Shown: positions 10,011-19,586, numbered from the stretch's first letter. The stretch: 64,000 nucleotides of DNA from an uncultured delta proteobacterium (GCA_963803435.1 CAWDML010000001.1:192001-256000), one strand, 5' to 3'. A program made the numbers and translations. The notes: generated by a model not told the origin, from the sequence alone.

Positions 10011-10664
10011 ATGTCCGAGTACCCATTTCTCGCTCTCGAAGGGACCGACGGCGCCGGCAAGACCAGCCTGCGAAAGGTCGCTTTTCAAGCGCTCAAGCGG
10101 CAGGGACGGGAGCTCCTCACCACCACCCCGTTCTCCTGGCGCGACATGGAGGCCGCAGAGACGATCGTGATGGCTAAAGCCCACGCAGTCCCCACACCCG
10201 AGGCGCTGATCACCCGCGCCTACGTGCGCGACAAAGAGGTGCTCTCCGACCGGATCATCCGCCCGCAGCTCCGCTTCCGGCCGGTGCTCTCCGACCGATT
10301 CCTCGCCTCTGATCTCGTCTACCACCAGGTGCTCTGGCACATCCCGCCCGCCGAGACCTATCGCGCCTTCTGCAGCAGCCGGGTGCGCATGCCGGACGTG
10401 ATCGTCTTCGTCGATACTCCGCCGGAGATCGCGTTCGAGCGACTCGAGAAGCGCGGCACCGGCGGAAAGAACCGCTGGGACTACCTCGACAAGCAGAAGC
10501 GTCTGTACGAGCTGTTTTGCGAGGTCTTGTTCTCGGGCAACTTCCCTGCGCTGGGGAAGGTAGTCCGGATCGACAACTCGGGGGAGAAGGAGGAGACGGC
10601 GCGTGCCTTCCTCGACGCGCTCTCACCCATCCTGGGCGTCAGCCCGCTTCACCCAGAACCGTGA
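10011..10664 (+). CDS. Thymidylate-kinase-like P-loop kinase
   Basis: LEGTDGAGKTS P-loop, LSDRFLASDLVYH, PDVIVFVDTPPE, RIDNS. Confidence 0.85.
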   Translation: MSEYPFLALEGTDGAGKTSLRKVAFQALKRQGRELLTTTPFSWRDMEAAETIVMAKAHAVPTPEALITRAYVRDKEVLSDRIIRPQLRFRPVLSDRFLASDLVYHQVLWHIPPAETYRAFCSSRVRMPDVIVFVDTPPEIAFERLEKRGTGGKNRWDYLDKQKRLYELFCEVLFSGNFPALGKVVRIDNSGEKEETARAFLDALSPILGVSPLHPEP

Positions 10665-12582
10665 GCCGCGGCTTCTTCAGCTCGGCCCCCAGCGCTCGCT
10701 CGCGCAGCTCTTCGGTGGAACGGACGCGGCGGCTGGTCGGCAGCGCCAGCACGTGATCATCCTCGATTAGGATCAGCCCCAGCCGATCGAGCTCAGCGAC
10801 CGAAGCTCGCACCTCCGTCTCGGTCCAGCGAGTGGAGAGGTCGCGGAGGAGGCGCGAGATCGAGTGCACCTCATCGCAGAGCAGGATCACTTCACGTCCG
10901 GGTGACTTGATCACGAACCGCCGCTCGATCTGCAGGCGCCGGTCCGTCACCTCCACGAAAGAATCACCCACCGCGTATTCACAGGACGGCGTCGGCGCTC
11001 GTTTGTGAGCGGCCAGCCAGATCGAGATCGTCTCTCTCAACTGCTGCACCACGCCTGAGCTCGCGCCCGATCCGAGCTCACCGTCGGGCAGATAGAAGTA
11101 GCCGATCTTCGTGGGATCGACCCGGCCCGCAGGAAAGTTCGCCCGATAGTCCGGACGCGGCGTGGCCTTCACCCCCCCAAAGTCTTCCGGATGCTCGAAC
11201 AGCGGCGCAAAGCGATGGAGCTCCACCGGGTGCAAGCTGTCGAGGGGCGGCTGCAGATGAAACAGGCGCGGGAGCCAGTCGAGCATGACCTGATAGTGCT
11301 CGGGAAGGTCGCCCGGAAATCCGAAGAGCAGGTTGTAGTGCGGGACGACACCGAGCTCGCGGCACCATCGGAGAAACTGCACCTGTTTCAAGCCGGTCGA
11401 CCACTTTCGCATCAGCTTCAAGAGCGGGGTCGAGAAGGACTCGATTCCAGGTTGGACGGCGTTCACTCCCGCCCGCTTCATCCGCGCGACGTCGGCCTTG
11501 GCGAGATCGGCCCGCACCTCATAGAAGAGATCGAGATCGATCCCGGACCGCTCGAAGCGCGAGAAGAGCTCCTCGCGATGCTCTCGCGACAAGATCCAAT
11601 CCGTGGCGAGGAAGCGCGTCACGCCGTGCTCCCGTGCCATCTCGGTGACTTCACCGACGACGCGCTCCGGTGACTTGGAGCGGAAGTGCATCACGTCGGG
11701 GTTGATCCCGCAAAAGACGCAGTGCTGTGTCTCTCCCCACCAGCAGCCGCGGGAGCTCTCGTAGAGGAGGAAGTCGATCTCGATGCGAGTCTTGAGCGCC
11801 TGCTCCACCCTCTGCTTGGCGTGGAAGTACGGACGATAGGTGGGCGCCGGAACGCGGTTCATGTCCGCGACGTGCACCGAGCTGACCGTGTCCACCGTGG
11901 TTCGGGTGGTGACTCCACCGATCTCGATCGCGCGTCCTTCACGGACACACCGAAGGAACTCGCGGAAGCTCTCCTCCGCTTCACCGAGAAAGACGTGATC
12001 CAGCAGGTCGGGGAAGGCGCGCTGGTACTCCCTGCCCATCTCTCCGTCGAAGCAGGCGCCGCCCACCACGACGATGAGCTCGGGCTGCTCGCGTTTGAGC
12101 CGAGCGGCGAGCGCGAGGCTCGCGAGCGCCTGGTTGAAGGTGGCGGTGAAGCCGACGATCACCGGCGACTCTTCCAGGATCCGACGCGCCATCTCTTCGA
12201 GGAACGACGGGATCACCTCGTCGCGCACGCGGCGAAGGAATGAGACATCGCTGAGCGCCTCCGGTATCCCTGCGCCGATCGGCTCATCGCGCAGGATCTT
12301 GGTGAACACGTCGAGATAGGCGTCGCTGTCGAGCTTCTGGGGTGTGAACAGGTTGCAAGCGAAGAGGTGCTCCGAAGCCCCGTAGAGCGAGTTCTCGTTG
12401 GCCATCGCGTCCGCGATCTCCAGGCCCACGTGAGGCACCAGATCGACGTTGCCGAAGTAGCTGCGACAGGCGGCTCCGACCTCCTCACAGATGCGGGTGA
12501 GGATCCCGAGCGCGATCGACGGACGGCGTGGGCTGGCCCAGGGCATGGAGACCAGCGCGATCTGGAGCGGGGCATCAGCCAT
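10639..12582 (-). CDS. B12-binding radical SAM methyltransferase (RiPP-maturation rSAM-1-like family)
   Basis: SMPW...PSIALG, cobalamin domain VGFTATFNQ/VGGACFDGEMG, ESSRGCWWGETQHCVFCG (CX7CX2C), QPGIESFS, YNLLFGFPG. Confidence 0.88.
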   Translation of the reverse strand: MADAPLQIALVSMPWASPRRPSIALGILTRICEEVGAACRSYFGNVDLVPHVGLEIADAMANENSLYGASEHLFACNLFTPQKLDSDAYLDVFTKILRDEPIGAGIPEALSDVSFLRRVRDEVIPSFLEEMARRILEESPVIVGFTATFNQALASLALAARLKREQPELIVVVGGACFDGEMGREYQRAFPDLLDHVFLGEAEESFREFLRCVREGRAIEIGGVTTRTTVDTVSSVHVADMNRVPAPTYRPYFHAKQRVEQALKTRIEIDFLLYESSRGCWWGETQHCVFCGINPDVMHFRSKSPERVVGEVTEMAREHGVTRFLATDWILSREHREELFSRFERSGIDLDLFYEVRADLAKADVARMKRAGVNAVQPGIESFSTPLLKLMRKWSTGLKQVQFLRWCRELGVVPHYNLLFGFPGDLPEHYQVMLDWLPRLFHLQPPLDSLHPVELHRFAPLFEHPEDFGGVKATPRPDYRANFPAGRVDPTKIGYFYLPDGELGSGASSGVVQQLRETISIWLAAHKRAPTPSCEYAVGDSFVEVTDRRLQIERRFVIKSPGREVILLCDEVHSISRLLRDLSTRWTETEVRASVAELDRLGLILIEDDHVLALPTSRRVRSTEELRERALGAELKKPRLTVLGEAG

Positions 12583-13489
12583 TCGATCTCCTTGTCACCT
12601 TGGCCAGGATCTCTTCCACCGCCCGGCCGACCCGCTCCTGAGTCTCCTCGGTCTGAGCGCCGATGTGAGGGGTCAACAGGACTCGCGGATGCGCTCGAAG
12701 CCGGGCAGGAAGCGCGGGCTCCTCGGCGACGGTGTCGAGGCCGGCACCACGCACGCGACCCTCGTCGAGCGCGTCGAGGAGCGCCTCCGTATCGATGAGC
12801 GGCCCCCGGGCCACGTTGACCAGGATCATGCCTGGCCGGACGCGGGCGAGCACGTGGCGTGAGATCAGCCCCTGCGTCTCCGGTTTCAAGGGCAGCGCGA
12901 GCACCAGGGCCTCGCTGGCTCCCAGGAGCTCGTCGAAGGAGACGATCGGCACCTCGGCGTTCGCGGGTCGGTTTGGTCCGTTGTGCGCGGCGACGGTCAT
13001 CCCGAACGCGGCGCCCAGCCGGCAGACGCGGCGCCCGACGTCTCCATACCCGAGGACCCCGAGCCGCCGGCCCTGCAGCTCCGTTCCCAGGGTCTGCCAC
13101 TTCGGCCAGCCCCCCGCCGCGACCGCGGCGTGGAGGTCCACGATCCGCCGCACCAGCGCGAGCAACATTCCGATGGCGAGCTCGGCGACCGCGGGGGCGG
13201 ACTGCGGGGTCGTAGAGAGATCGATCCCCCGCTCCCGCAGCGCCGATAGATCGATGTTGTCGACGCCGGTGCCGGCGCGGATCACGGCGCACAAGCGCGG
13301 GCACGCGTCGATCATGGCGCGTGAGAGACGGTGCGGCGAACGGATGATGACGACTTCGACCTCGGGCGCCGCTTCGGCGAAGGCGTCGAGGTCCGGCATC
13401 TCCTGGTGGAGCAAAAGGCGATGCTGCGCCCCGATGCGGCCTAGAGATCTCGGAGCGATCGCTCCCAGCACCGCCACGCCGAGCGTCAA
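12575..13489 (-). CDS. D-2-hydroxyacid dehydrogenase (SerA-like, no ACT domain); candidate phosphonopyruvate reductase
   Basis: RAGTGVDNID, VAELAIG, GYGDVG, NVARG, LTPHIGAQT; TTG start overlaps the upstream TGA, with a GGAG RBS. Confidence 0.85.
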   Translation of the reverse strand: MTLGVAVLGAIAPRSLGRIGAQHRLLLHQEMPDLDAFAEAAPEVEVVIIRSPHRLSRAMIDACPRLCAVIRAGTGVDNIDLSALRERGIDLSTTPQSAPAVAELAIGMLLALVRRIVDLHAAVAAGGWPKWQTLGTELQGRRLGVLGYGDVGRRVCRLGAAFGMTVAAHNGPNRPANAEVPIVSFDELLGASEALVLALPLKPETQGLISRHVLARVRPGMILVNVARGPLIDTEALLDALDEGRVRGAGLDTVAEEPALPARLRAHPRVLLTPHIGAQTEETQERVGRAVEEILAKVTRRSNG

Positions 13490-15721
13490 AGAATGTCTCC
13501 CAGATACCGATCCTCGGGCTTTCGCGGAGCTCGGGGAAGAAAGACCTCCATGATGTGCGGGAAGTAGCGGTAGCGATAGTTCGCCCCCTCCTTGGGGAAC
13601 CTGTTGAGGAAGGAGCCGTCCAGGAGCTCCTGCTCGCTCACGATCTGGGTCGTCTCTCTCGACTCGGCCGCCGCGTCGGTGATGAAGTAGCGCGCGTCGC
13701 GACCGTCGATGCTCTTCTCGGCCAGTGTCGCCAGCACCACGTGTCCCGAGGTCTCGCAGGCATCCGCCACCAGGAAGACCACGCCGACTCCGCGCAGGAG
13801 GAGCTTCTTGGCCTGTTCGATCGCGGGTGCGACCAAGGGATAGAAGGCCGTCGCCGCGGTCTGATGGAGCCGGAACCGCTCGGGTGAGGGCGTCGCGATC
13901 TCCGAAGCGGTGCACCAGAAGCCGGCCTTTTCGCCGTCGATGGTGTCGACCCAGTACTCTCGCTCGCTCTTCCCTTCGCGATGGCGGGTGATTTGGAGCT
14001 CCGCCAGGAGTCCACCCCCGATGTCGCGGATGCGGAGGCGGGACAGCTCCTCGGGATCCGTCCTGGTCGCCAGGCCATCGACGTTCGACTGCTGATCCAG
14101 GATGTGGTCCGGGTCCACGTACAAGCCGAGACGCGCCGCCGGGGCGCTCCAGAGCTCGTCGAAGTCCATCCAGGGCCCCTTCGGCTTCGGCGTCGAGGGC
14201 TCCCACGACAGCGGCGCGGCGAGATACTCCCTGCCCCGCTCCGTCACCCGCACATCGACGACTCTGATCCCGGTCTCGGTCCTGCTGGACGTGTCGTAGA
14301 TGGGGATGAGGCCGCCCCGGCCCGCGGCGAGCCCTCGAATCGATCTCGGCCCTTGCGGTCTCCTTGGCCGTATCGCCGGCTTGGTTGGTGCGGATCCGGA
14401 TCGGATCGCTGAAGCCGACGAACTTCCTCATCGTCTCGCCGGTCTTTGGCACACCGGAGCGCCGCGAGGCGTGGTTGCGACGGATCTCTGCCAGCGCGTC
14501 CGAGAGCGGTACGGGCAGCAGGCCCTGCGGCACGCGCTGCGCCAACTCCGCGGTGGCTCGAGCCAGCGTGGGCTCGTCGCAGTCGCGTCCGAGCATGTGA
14601 TCCTTCAGCGTGCTCCGGTTCGAGTCGTTACACGCCTCGTAGTAGGGGAGGATCGCGTCGAGCCAGATGTTTCCTCTCGCGCTCCGATCGATGGTACCGA
14701 ACGCCTCCGCGACGGCGAGCTGCGCCTGGAAGTGGTGCGCTTGGTTCGTCACGTCGCTGAAGGGCGTCTCGGTCAACCACCAGGCATAGGCGCAGTTCCG
14801 CTCCGCCTCCGCCATCACGGTGACGTTGTTGATGCAGCCGTCCTCGATCTGAGGAAACAGCACGCTGCCCTTTCCATTCAAGCGATCGCGGAACGATACG
14901 TTGTCGCCGAAGATGTCGCGCACACAGATACGCCGGAGGAGCTCGTCGCGCGGCTTCCCCGCGATCTCGGAGGCGAACCGGCGCAGGCCCTCCTGAGCGC
15001 GCTGCCGCGCCACCTCGCCGGCGGGCATCCCGATCGACGCGCCGTACGCCTCGACGCCGGAGGGGACGAGCCAGCCCTCCTGCGCACCGACCGCCTGTAG
15101 ATAGGCCGCCTGCACCAGCCCGACACTCTCGGCGTCGGGCGCTGCCCGCTCCAACCGCTTCAGCGTGGCTCTGACCTCGCCGGTGATCTGGCCGGCCAGC
15201 ATGACGCTGGCGATGAGCGCGGCGTCCTCGATCCCGAGGAAGCCGTGCTGGCCGACCTCGGTGTCGGTCAGGCGCTCGGCCACTCCGCGCAAGACGGCCA
15301 GCTTGGTGGCGGCGTCGAGGCGCTCGGGATGATCGGACGCGAGCTGAGCGCGCGACATCTCGGCGAACGCCTCCATCGCGGCGGGCGCCTTCGTGCCGAT
15401 CTTCAGCACGCTGCCGAGCATGGCGAGCTGGCGATGGACCTCCCCGTCGTCGAGGGTGCGCAGGTACGCCTTGATCGCGTTCCCGTCACGGACCGGTACT
15501 CCGAAGCGCGCCAGCGAGTAGTTGACGAAGTCGTCGAGGGCCTTCCGCGGGGTGGGCGAGTCGGCTTGAACCGCGGGAAGGTCAGGCTGCTCCCACGGCC
15601 GGGCCAGCGTCAGATCGAGCTCATCGACCGCGCGCAGCACGTCCTCCAGGGCCGCGGATTCGGTACGCGCGTCCGCCGGAACGACGCGCCGAGGTCCGTC
15701 GATGCCCGCGGGGTCTTTCAC
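13486..15721 (-). CDS. Large (~745 aa) hypothetical protein with putative papain-fold Cys-His-Asp domain(s); frameshift at ~14339
   Basis: The frames join as ...AEIDRGLAAGRGG... when one base is removed at GAATC 14337-14341; EDGC...AHHFQ...TIDRS and FWC...SGHVV...ITDA triad-like segments. Confidence 0.6.
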
Positions 15722-16245
15722 GACACGGCGCGGCGACGTCGCAGCTTGGGCCTCGCCTGCTTCGCGAGCTCCGCACGAAGCGCGACCTGGCCCTGATAGC
15801 GCGAGCCCGGCAGGGTGACCGGCGCCGGCGGTTCCGCGGCCCCGCAGAACCGCTGGAATCGCGTCAGCAGATCAGAGCCGAGGTTGACGCCCCCTCGAAG
15901 CAGGTCGGCCACGCTGCTCTTGAGCTTGTGATAGAGCTTGAGGGCGATCTGCTGCAGCGTGGTGGCTGTCTCTTTGGTGGTCTCCGAGTTCGTCGCCGCG
16001 GCGCGATCCGAGATGACGAGCGAGAACGCGTAGAGCGTCTCGATGGCGGTGAAGAACTCGCTCGGATCCTTCTCGAGCCCCAGGATGTACTGCTCGACGG
16101 CGCCTGCGCCCGAGGGCTCGAGCGCGAACTGGGGTCTGCCATCGGAAAGCTGATGCGTTCGGACCCAGCGGCGGAGCTGCTGCTTCACGCCTTCGTGCCG
16201 CTTCTCTCCCACACGGCGATGGTAGCGAGCGAGTCCGGACAACAT
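15718..16245 (-). CDS. Small helical protein with Arg-rich C-terminus (candidate chaperone/partner of the downstream gene)
   Basis: 175-aa ORF whose stop overlaps the next start; pattern shared with 22759-23194. Confidence 0.6.
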   Translation of the reverse strand: MLSGLARYHRRVGEKRHEGVKQQLRRWVRTHQLSDGRPQFALEPSGAGAVEQYILGLEKDPSEFFTAIETLYAFSLVISDRAAATNSETTKETATTLQQIALKLYHKLKSSVADLLRGGVNLGSDLLTRFQRFCGAAEPPAPVTLPGSRYQGQVALRAELAKQARPKLRRRRAVS

Positions 16246-16258
16246 GATTACACCGCGC

Positions 16259-18115
16259 TTATCGAGGACCTGAAGCGAGATCAGTCTTCCCGTCGCGCAC
16301 GACGGAAGCAATCGAGGAAACCAGATGGTCGATGTCCGCGGCCCCGAGGTTGATATTCGTAGTTACCCGCACCGCCCCAGAGGCGCCCTGGCCGGACGCC
16401 GCCAGATGGATCCGGTGTTCCTTCAGCAGCCGCTCCGCGAGCTCGGCGTAGTCCTCGAGACTCGGGAGCGTGAAGGCGACGATGCCGGAGGCGAGCTCCG
16501 GGTCCTTTGGCCCGATCACGCGAACGCCCGGGATCTGGCTCAGCCCGGCCCGCAGCCGATCGGCAAGATCGTGGATCCGATGCTCGACCGCCTCCTGGGT
16601 CAGGCCGCGATGGATCTCCAGCGCCGACGACAGCCCGGCGTACTTCGCAGGGCTGGCGGCGCCCGGCCGCTCGAACTTGTCGATCGAGCCTGAGGTGTCG
16701 TGGCCTCGGTGACGTGCGTTTGGCTTGATCCGAGGAATCACCTCCTCACGCACGAAGAGGAAGGCGGTCTCGGGAACGCCCATCCACTTGTGGAGCGCGG
16801 CCGCGTAGACGTCGCAGCCGAGGTCCGCGAGATCGAGCTTGATGTGACCCGGCGCGTGCGCCCCGTCGACGACGGTGAGGATCCCTCGCTCGCGGCAGTA
16901 GGCGCTGATCTCCTCGATGGGAAGCTTTGCTCCGGTGACCCCGCTGATGTGGGTCAGCACCAGTACCTTCGGCTTCCTCTCGTCGATCGCGGACAGGAGG
17001 GCGTCGAGCACCTGCTGCTTGGTCCCGGACGAGAGGAGATCTGCGATCGGCACCACGCCCAGCGCGATGCCATCCTTCGCCTCCAGCTCCCTGAGGCGAT
17101 CGAAGCTGCCGTGGTGGTTGTCGTCGGTGGTGAGGATCTGGTCGCCCCGCTCCAGCACGAGGCCGGACAGGATCTCCTTCAAGCCTTCGGACGTGCTCGA
17201 GGTGATGAGGAGCTCCGTCGGCCGCGCTCCGAAGTGCCCCGCGAGCTCGTCGCGCGCCTTGTCCGCCACCTCCCAGCCTTTCGACTCCCCCAACGGGCTC
17301 TGCTCGTTGATTCGGATGAGGGCCTCGGCGGTCGCCTGGATCACCTGGCGAGGCGCGACACCCGCGCTCCCGGTCAGGAAGTTGGCGACCCCGTTCATCC
17401 TGGGGAAGCTCGCAGCGAGCTCGGCCCATCGAGCCTCGCTCAATCCGAACGTCGCGTTCTGGGCCTGCATCTCGGCGACCGTCGCGCTCTTCTTCAGCGC
17501 ACCGCTCTTCGTGAGATTGAGCGGAGTCATCAAGAGCGGCGCCGGGTCCCCGGGCAACGAGAACCGCACCGAGCGATCCAGGCGCTCGACCAGCGTCCTC
17601 GCCAGCACCAACATCGCCGCCTGCGAATCCCCGCGCTGCGTCGCGAGCTGGAGCGGCAGCGTCCGATCCCGGGGAACATCCGTGATCCGACCTTGCTCCA
17701 CGAAGGAGCCGATCAGCGCGCAGGCCTCCTTGGCGGCGTCATAGTCGGCGCGGCTGATCACCAGCGCGCGCAACATCAGGTGAAGCTCATCCAGCGCGGT
17801 CGCGTCTCCAGAGCTCACGCGGTCGAGGACCTCGGGCACCGCCGCCTCGAGCTCCTCCCGTCGGGCACGGAGCACCTCGATGGCTTCGCTTCGCTCCGCA
17901 CCGTCGATCGAGCGGAGCGTACCGAGGCCGACGTCCTCCAGCCTGCGCCAGATCCGCTCGACGTCCTGCCGCGCGCTCGCTCCTTCGATCCGCGCCCGGA
18001 GCGCGCGTTCGTCCTGCGGGAGGGTCTCGACGCCGAGCGAAGTCTTGAAGCGAGTCAGGAGAGCTGCGACGCGATCGTAGTCGAAGCTCGATGCATGTTC
18101 CTGCGTGAGGCGCAT
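16259..18115 (-). CDS. Fold-type I PLP enzyme (aminotransferase class V / cysteine desulfurase / CefD-like) with ~240-aa N-terminal extension
   Basis: TSSTSEGL, THISGVTG, VDGAHAPG, AALHKW (PLP Lys), FERPG. Confidence 0.82.
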   Translation of the reverse strand: MRLTQEHASSFDYDRVAALLTRFKTSLGVETLPQDERALRARIEGASARQDVERIWRRLEDVGLGTLRSIDGAERSEAIEVLRARREELEAAVPEVLDRVSSGDATALDELHLMLRALVISRADYDAAKEACALIGSFVEQGRITDVPRDRTLPLQLATQRGDSQAAMLVLARTLVERLDRSVRFSLPGDPAPLLMTPLNLTKSGALKKSATVAEMQAQNATFGLSEARWAELAASFPRMNGVANFLTGSAGVAPRQVIQATAEALIRINEQSPLGESKGWEVADKARDELAGHFGARPTELLITSSTSEGLKEILSGLVLERGDQILTTDDNHHGSFDRLRELEAKDGIALGVVPIADLLSSGTKQQVLDALLSAIDERKPKVLVLTHISGVTGAKLPIEEISAYCRERGILTVVDGAHAPGHIKLDLADLGCDVYAAALHKWMGVPETAFLFVREEVIPRIKPNARHRGHDTSGSIDKFERPGAASPAKYAGLSSALEIHRGLTQEAVEHRIHDLADRLRAGLSQIPGVRVIGPKDPELASGIVAFTLPSLEDYAELAERLLKEHRIHLAASGQGASGAVRVTTNINLGAADIDHLVSSIASVVRDGKTDLASGPR

Positions 18116-18116
18116 G

Positions 18117-18989
18117 TCAGACGGTGAGGCTGAGGACTCCCTCCACGTCGTCCGCGCCGACGGCCTCGGAGATGCGCTCCACCGAAGCGATCAGGTGCTT
18201 GGTGGCCGAGATGCCACTTCCCTGGGTGAGCTCCCGCGCCACCTCGAACATCGCCAGGTAGGCTGCCCGCACCAGCTGATTGGCATAGATCAGGTGCGTG
18301 ATGCCCATCTCCTGGAAGACCTTCGCTGCCAGGTCCGGAAACATCGTGGGCGCATAGAAGATCGGCGTGCGGCCGGCCCAGTGGGAGCAGAACTTGCTCA
18401 ACCCCTTCAGGTGGTCGGCATTCACGGCGTGAACGAAGACCGCATCCGCTCCGTGCTCGATGTACTGCTGGCAGCGAGAGATCGCTTCGGGGACGCCCAG
18501 CCCCGCGACCAGCGCCTCGGTCCGGGCGACGACGCGGCCTTTTCCGTCGGCGGCCTTCTTGGCGGCGGCGAGCCGCGCGCAGTGGGTCTCGGCCGACGCG
18601 AGCTCCCGTTTGCCGGTGTTGTAGAGGCTCGACCGCTTCGAGGTCAGGTTGTCCTCGATGCAGAGCACGCTCGCGCCGGCGTGGAAGAGATCGCGGGACG
18701 CGTGCAAGACCTTCAGCGGATCGCCGAAGCCCGCGTCCATGTCGACGACCACCGGAATCCGGATCACCTTGGCGACAAAGGAGGCCACGCGCGCCAGCGT
18801 CTCCGCGTCGAGGATTCCTGCGTCCGGTAGGCCGTGCGCCGCAGACGTGCCGAAGCCGCTCAGCCAGACGAAGTCGGCGCCCGCTTCCGCCGCGACGAGC
18901 GCCGAGAGCCCGTCGTGGATACCGAGCCCGATCTGCTGGTGACGGGCGATGAACTCCGCGGCTGACACCTCATCCATGCCCTCCAGCAT
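18117..18989 (-). CDS. PEP mutase / phosphonopyruvate hydrolase clade enzyme (ICL/PEPM superfamily)
   Basis: HDGLSA, WLSGF, VDMDAGFG, IEDNLTSKRSS, ARTEALVAGLG, GADAVFVH, IYANQLVRAA; lacks the KKCGH loop of ICL/2-methylisocitrate lyase. Confidence 0.8.
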   Translation of the reverse strand: MLEGMDEVSAAEFIARHQQIGLGIHDGLSALVAAEAGADFVWLSGFGTSAAHGLPDAGILDAETLARVASFVAKVIRIPVVVDMDAGFGDPLKVLHASRDLFHAGASVLCIEDNLTSKRSSLYNTGKRELASAETHCARLAAAKKAADGKGRVVARTEALVAGLGVPEAISRCQQYIEHGADAVFVHAVNADHLKGLSKFCSHWAGRTPIFYAPTMFPDLAAKVFQEMGITHLIYANQLVRAAYLAMFEVARELTQGSGISATKHLIASVERISEAVGADDVEGVLSLTV

Positions 18990-19229
18990 TCCAGCGCGGT
19001 GGTGCTTCGTCCAGACACGATCGACACTGAAGCCCGGGTGGCGTCTGGGTATCCCTTGAGCACCGAGCGATCGTGCACCCCGCCGCGTGTCGATGGCGCC
19101 TGTGCCGTCGAGACGAGGATCGCGATGTCGCGGTGATCGTCGAACCCGCTGCGCCGGATGGTGCGGTCAATTCTCCCAGGGTCTCGAGGCCGGGCCCCTG
19201 AGGACCGCGCGGCTCCACCACGCTCGGAG

Positions 19230-19586
19230 CTAGGAAGACCCGCCGCGCCACGCACGCCGAAAGCCCCCGCTCACCACGAAGCGCGGGAACGTGATCCACT
19301 GCTCCACGAACAGCCTCGCCACCACGTCGAGCGGCCCCTTGAACGGCACCGGCGCGCTCGACTCCATCTTGTGCCCGCGCCCCTGCGCGGCGACGGCGAC
19401 GATCATCCCGCCCAGCCCGGCGAACGCCGTCCACCCGATCAACGGCGCCATCGCGAGCCAGGCGCTGCCGGTGACGAACATCGGGACCGTGACGGCGTGG
19501 ATGATGAGGTTGCGGCGATCGCGGTGGCCGTCCGGGTAAAGGGACCACTGCCAGCGGACGAGGCCACCTTCCCTGACTTCGCTCAT
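19230..19586 (-). CDS. Mpo1/DUF962-like membrane protein
   Basis: YPDGH...NLIIHAVTVP, AQGRGHKME, EQWITFPRF. Confidence 0.7.
   Translation of the reverse strand: MSEVREGGLVRWQWSLYPDGHRDRRNLIIHAVTVPMFVTGSAWLAMAPLIGWTAFAGLGGMIVAVAAQGRGHKMESSAPVPFKGPLDVVARLFVEQWITFPRFVVSGGFRRAWRGGSS

Noticed and set aside
7091-10664. CBASS/viperin-type antiphage system (NTase + nucleotide kinase + rSAM)
   Set aside because: The NTase lacks recognisable CD-NTase context or effectors, and the rSAM is a B12-binding type rather than viperin-like
12575-15721. 1048-aa fusion of a hypothetical protein to the dehydrogenase (ORF track)
   Set aside because: The middle is off-frame Arg/Gly-rich text caused by the frameshift at ~14339; the dehydrogenase has its own RBS and TTG at 13489
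18117-18989. Isocitrate or 2-methylisocitrate lyase
   Set aside because: No K(K/R)CGH loop; the C-terminal motifs fit the PepM/PPH clade
4179-18989. Classical RiPP cluster
   Set aside because: No precursor, transporter or YcaO/LanB-type enzyme is visible; the remaining genes fit small-molecule chemistry better, though a RiPP is not fully excluded
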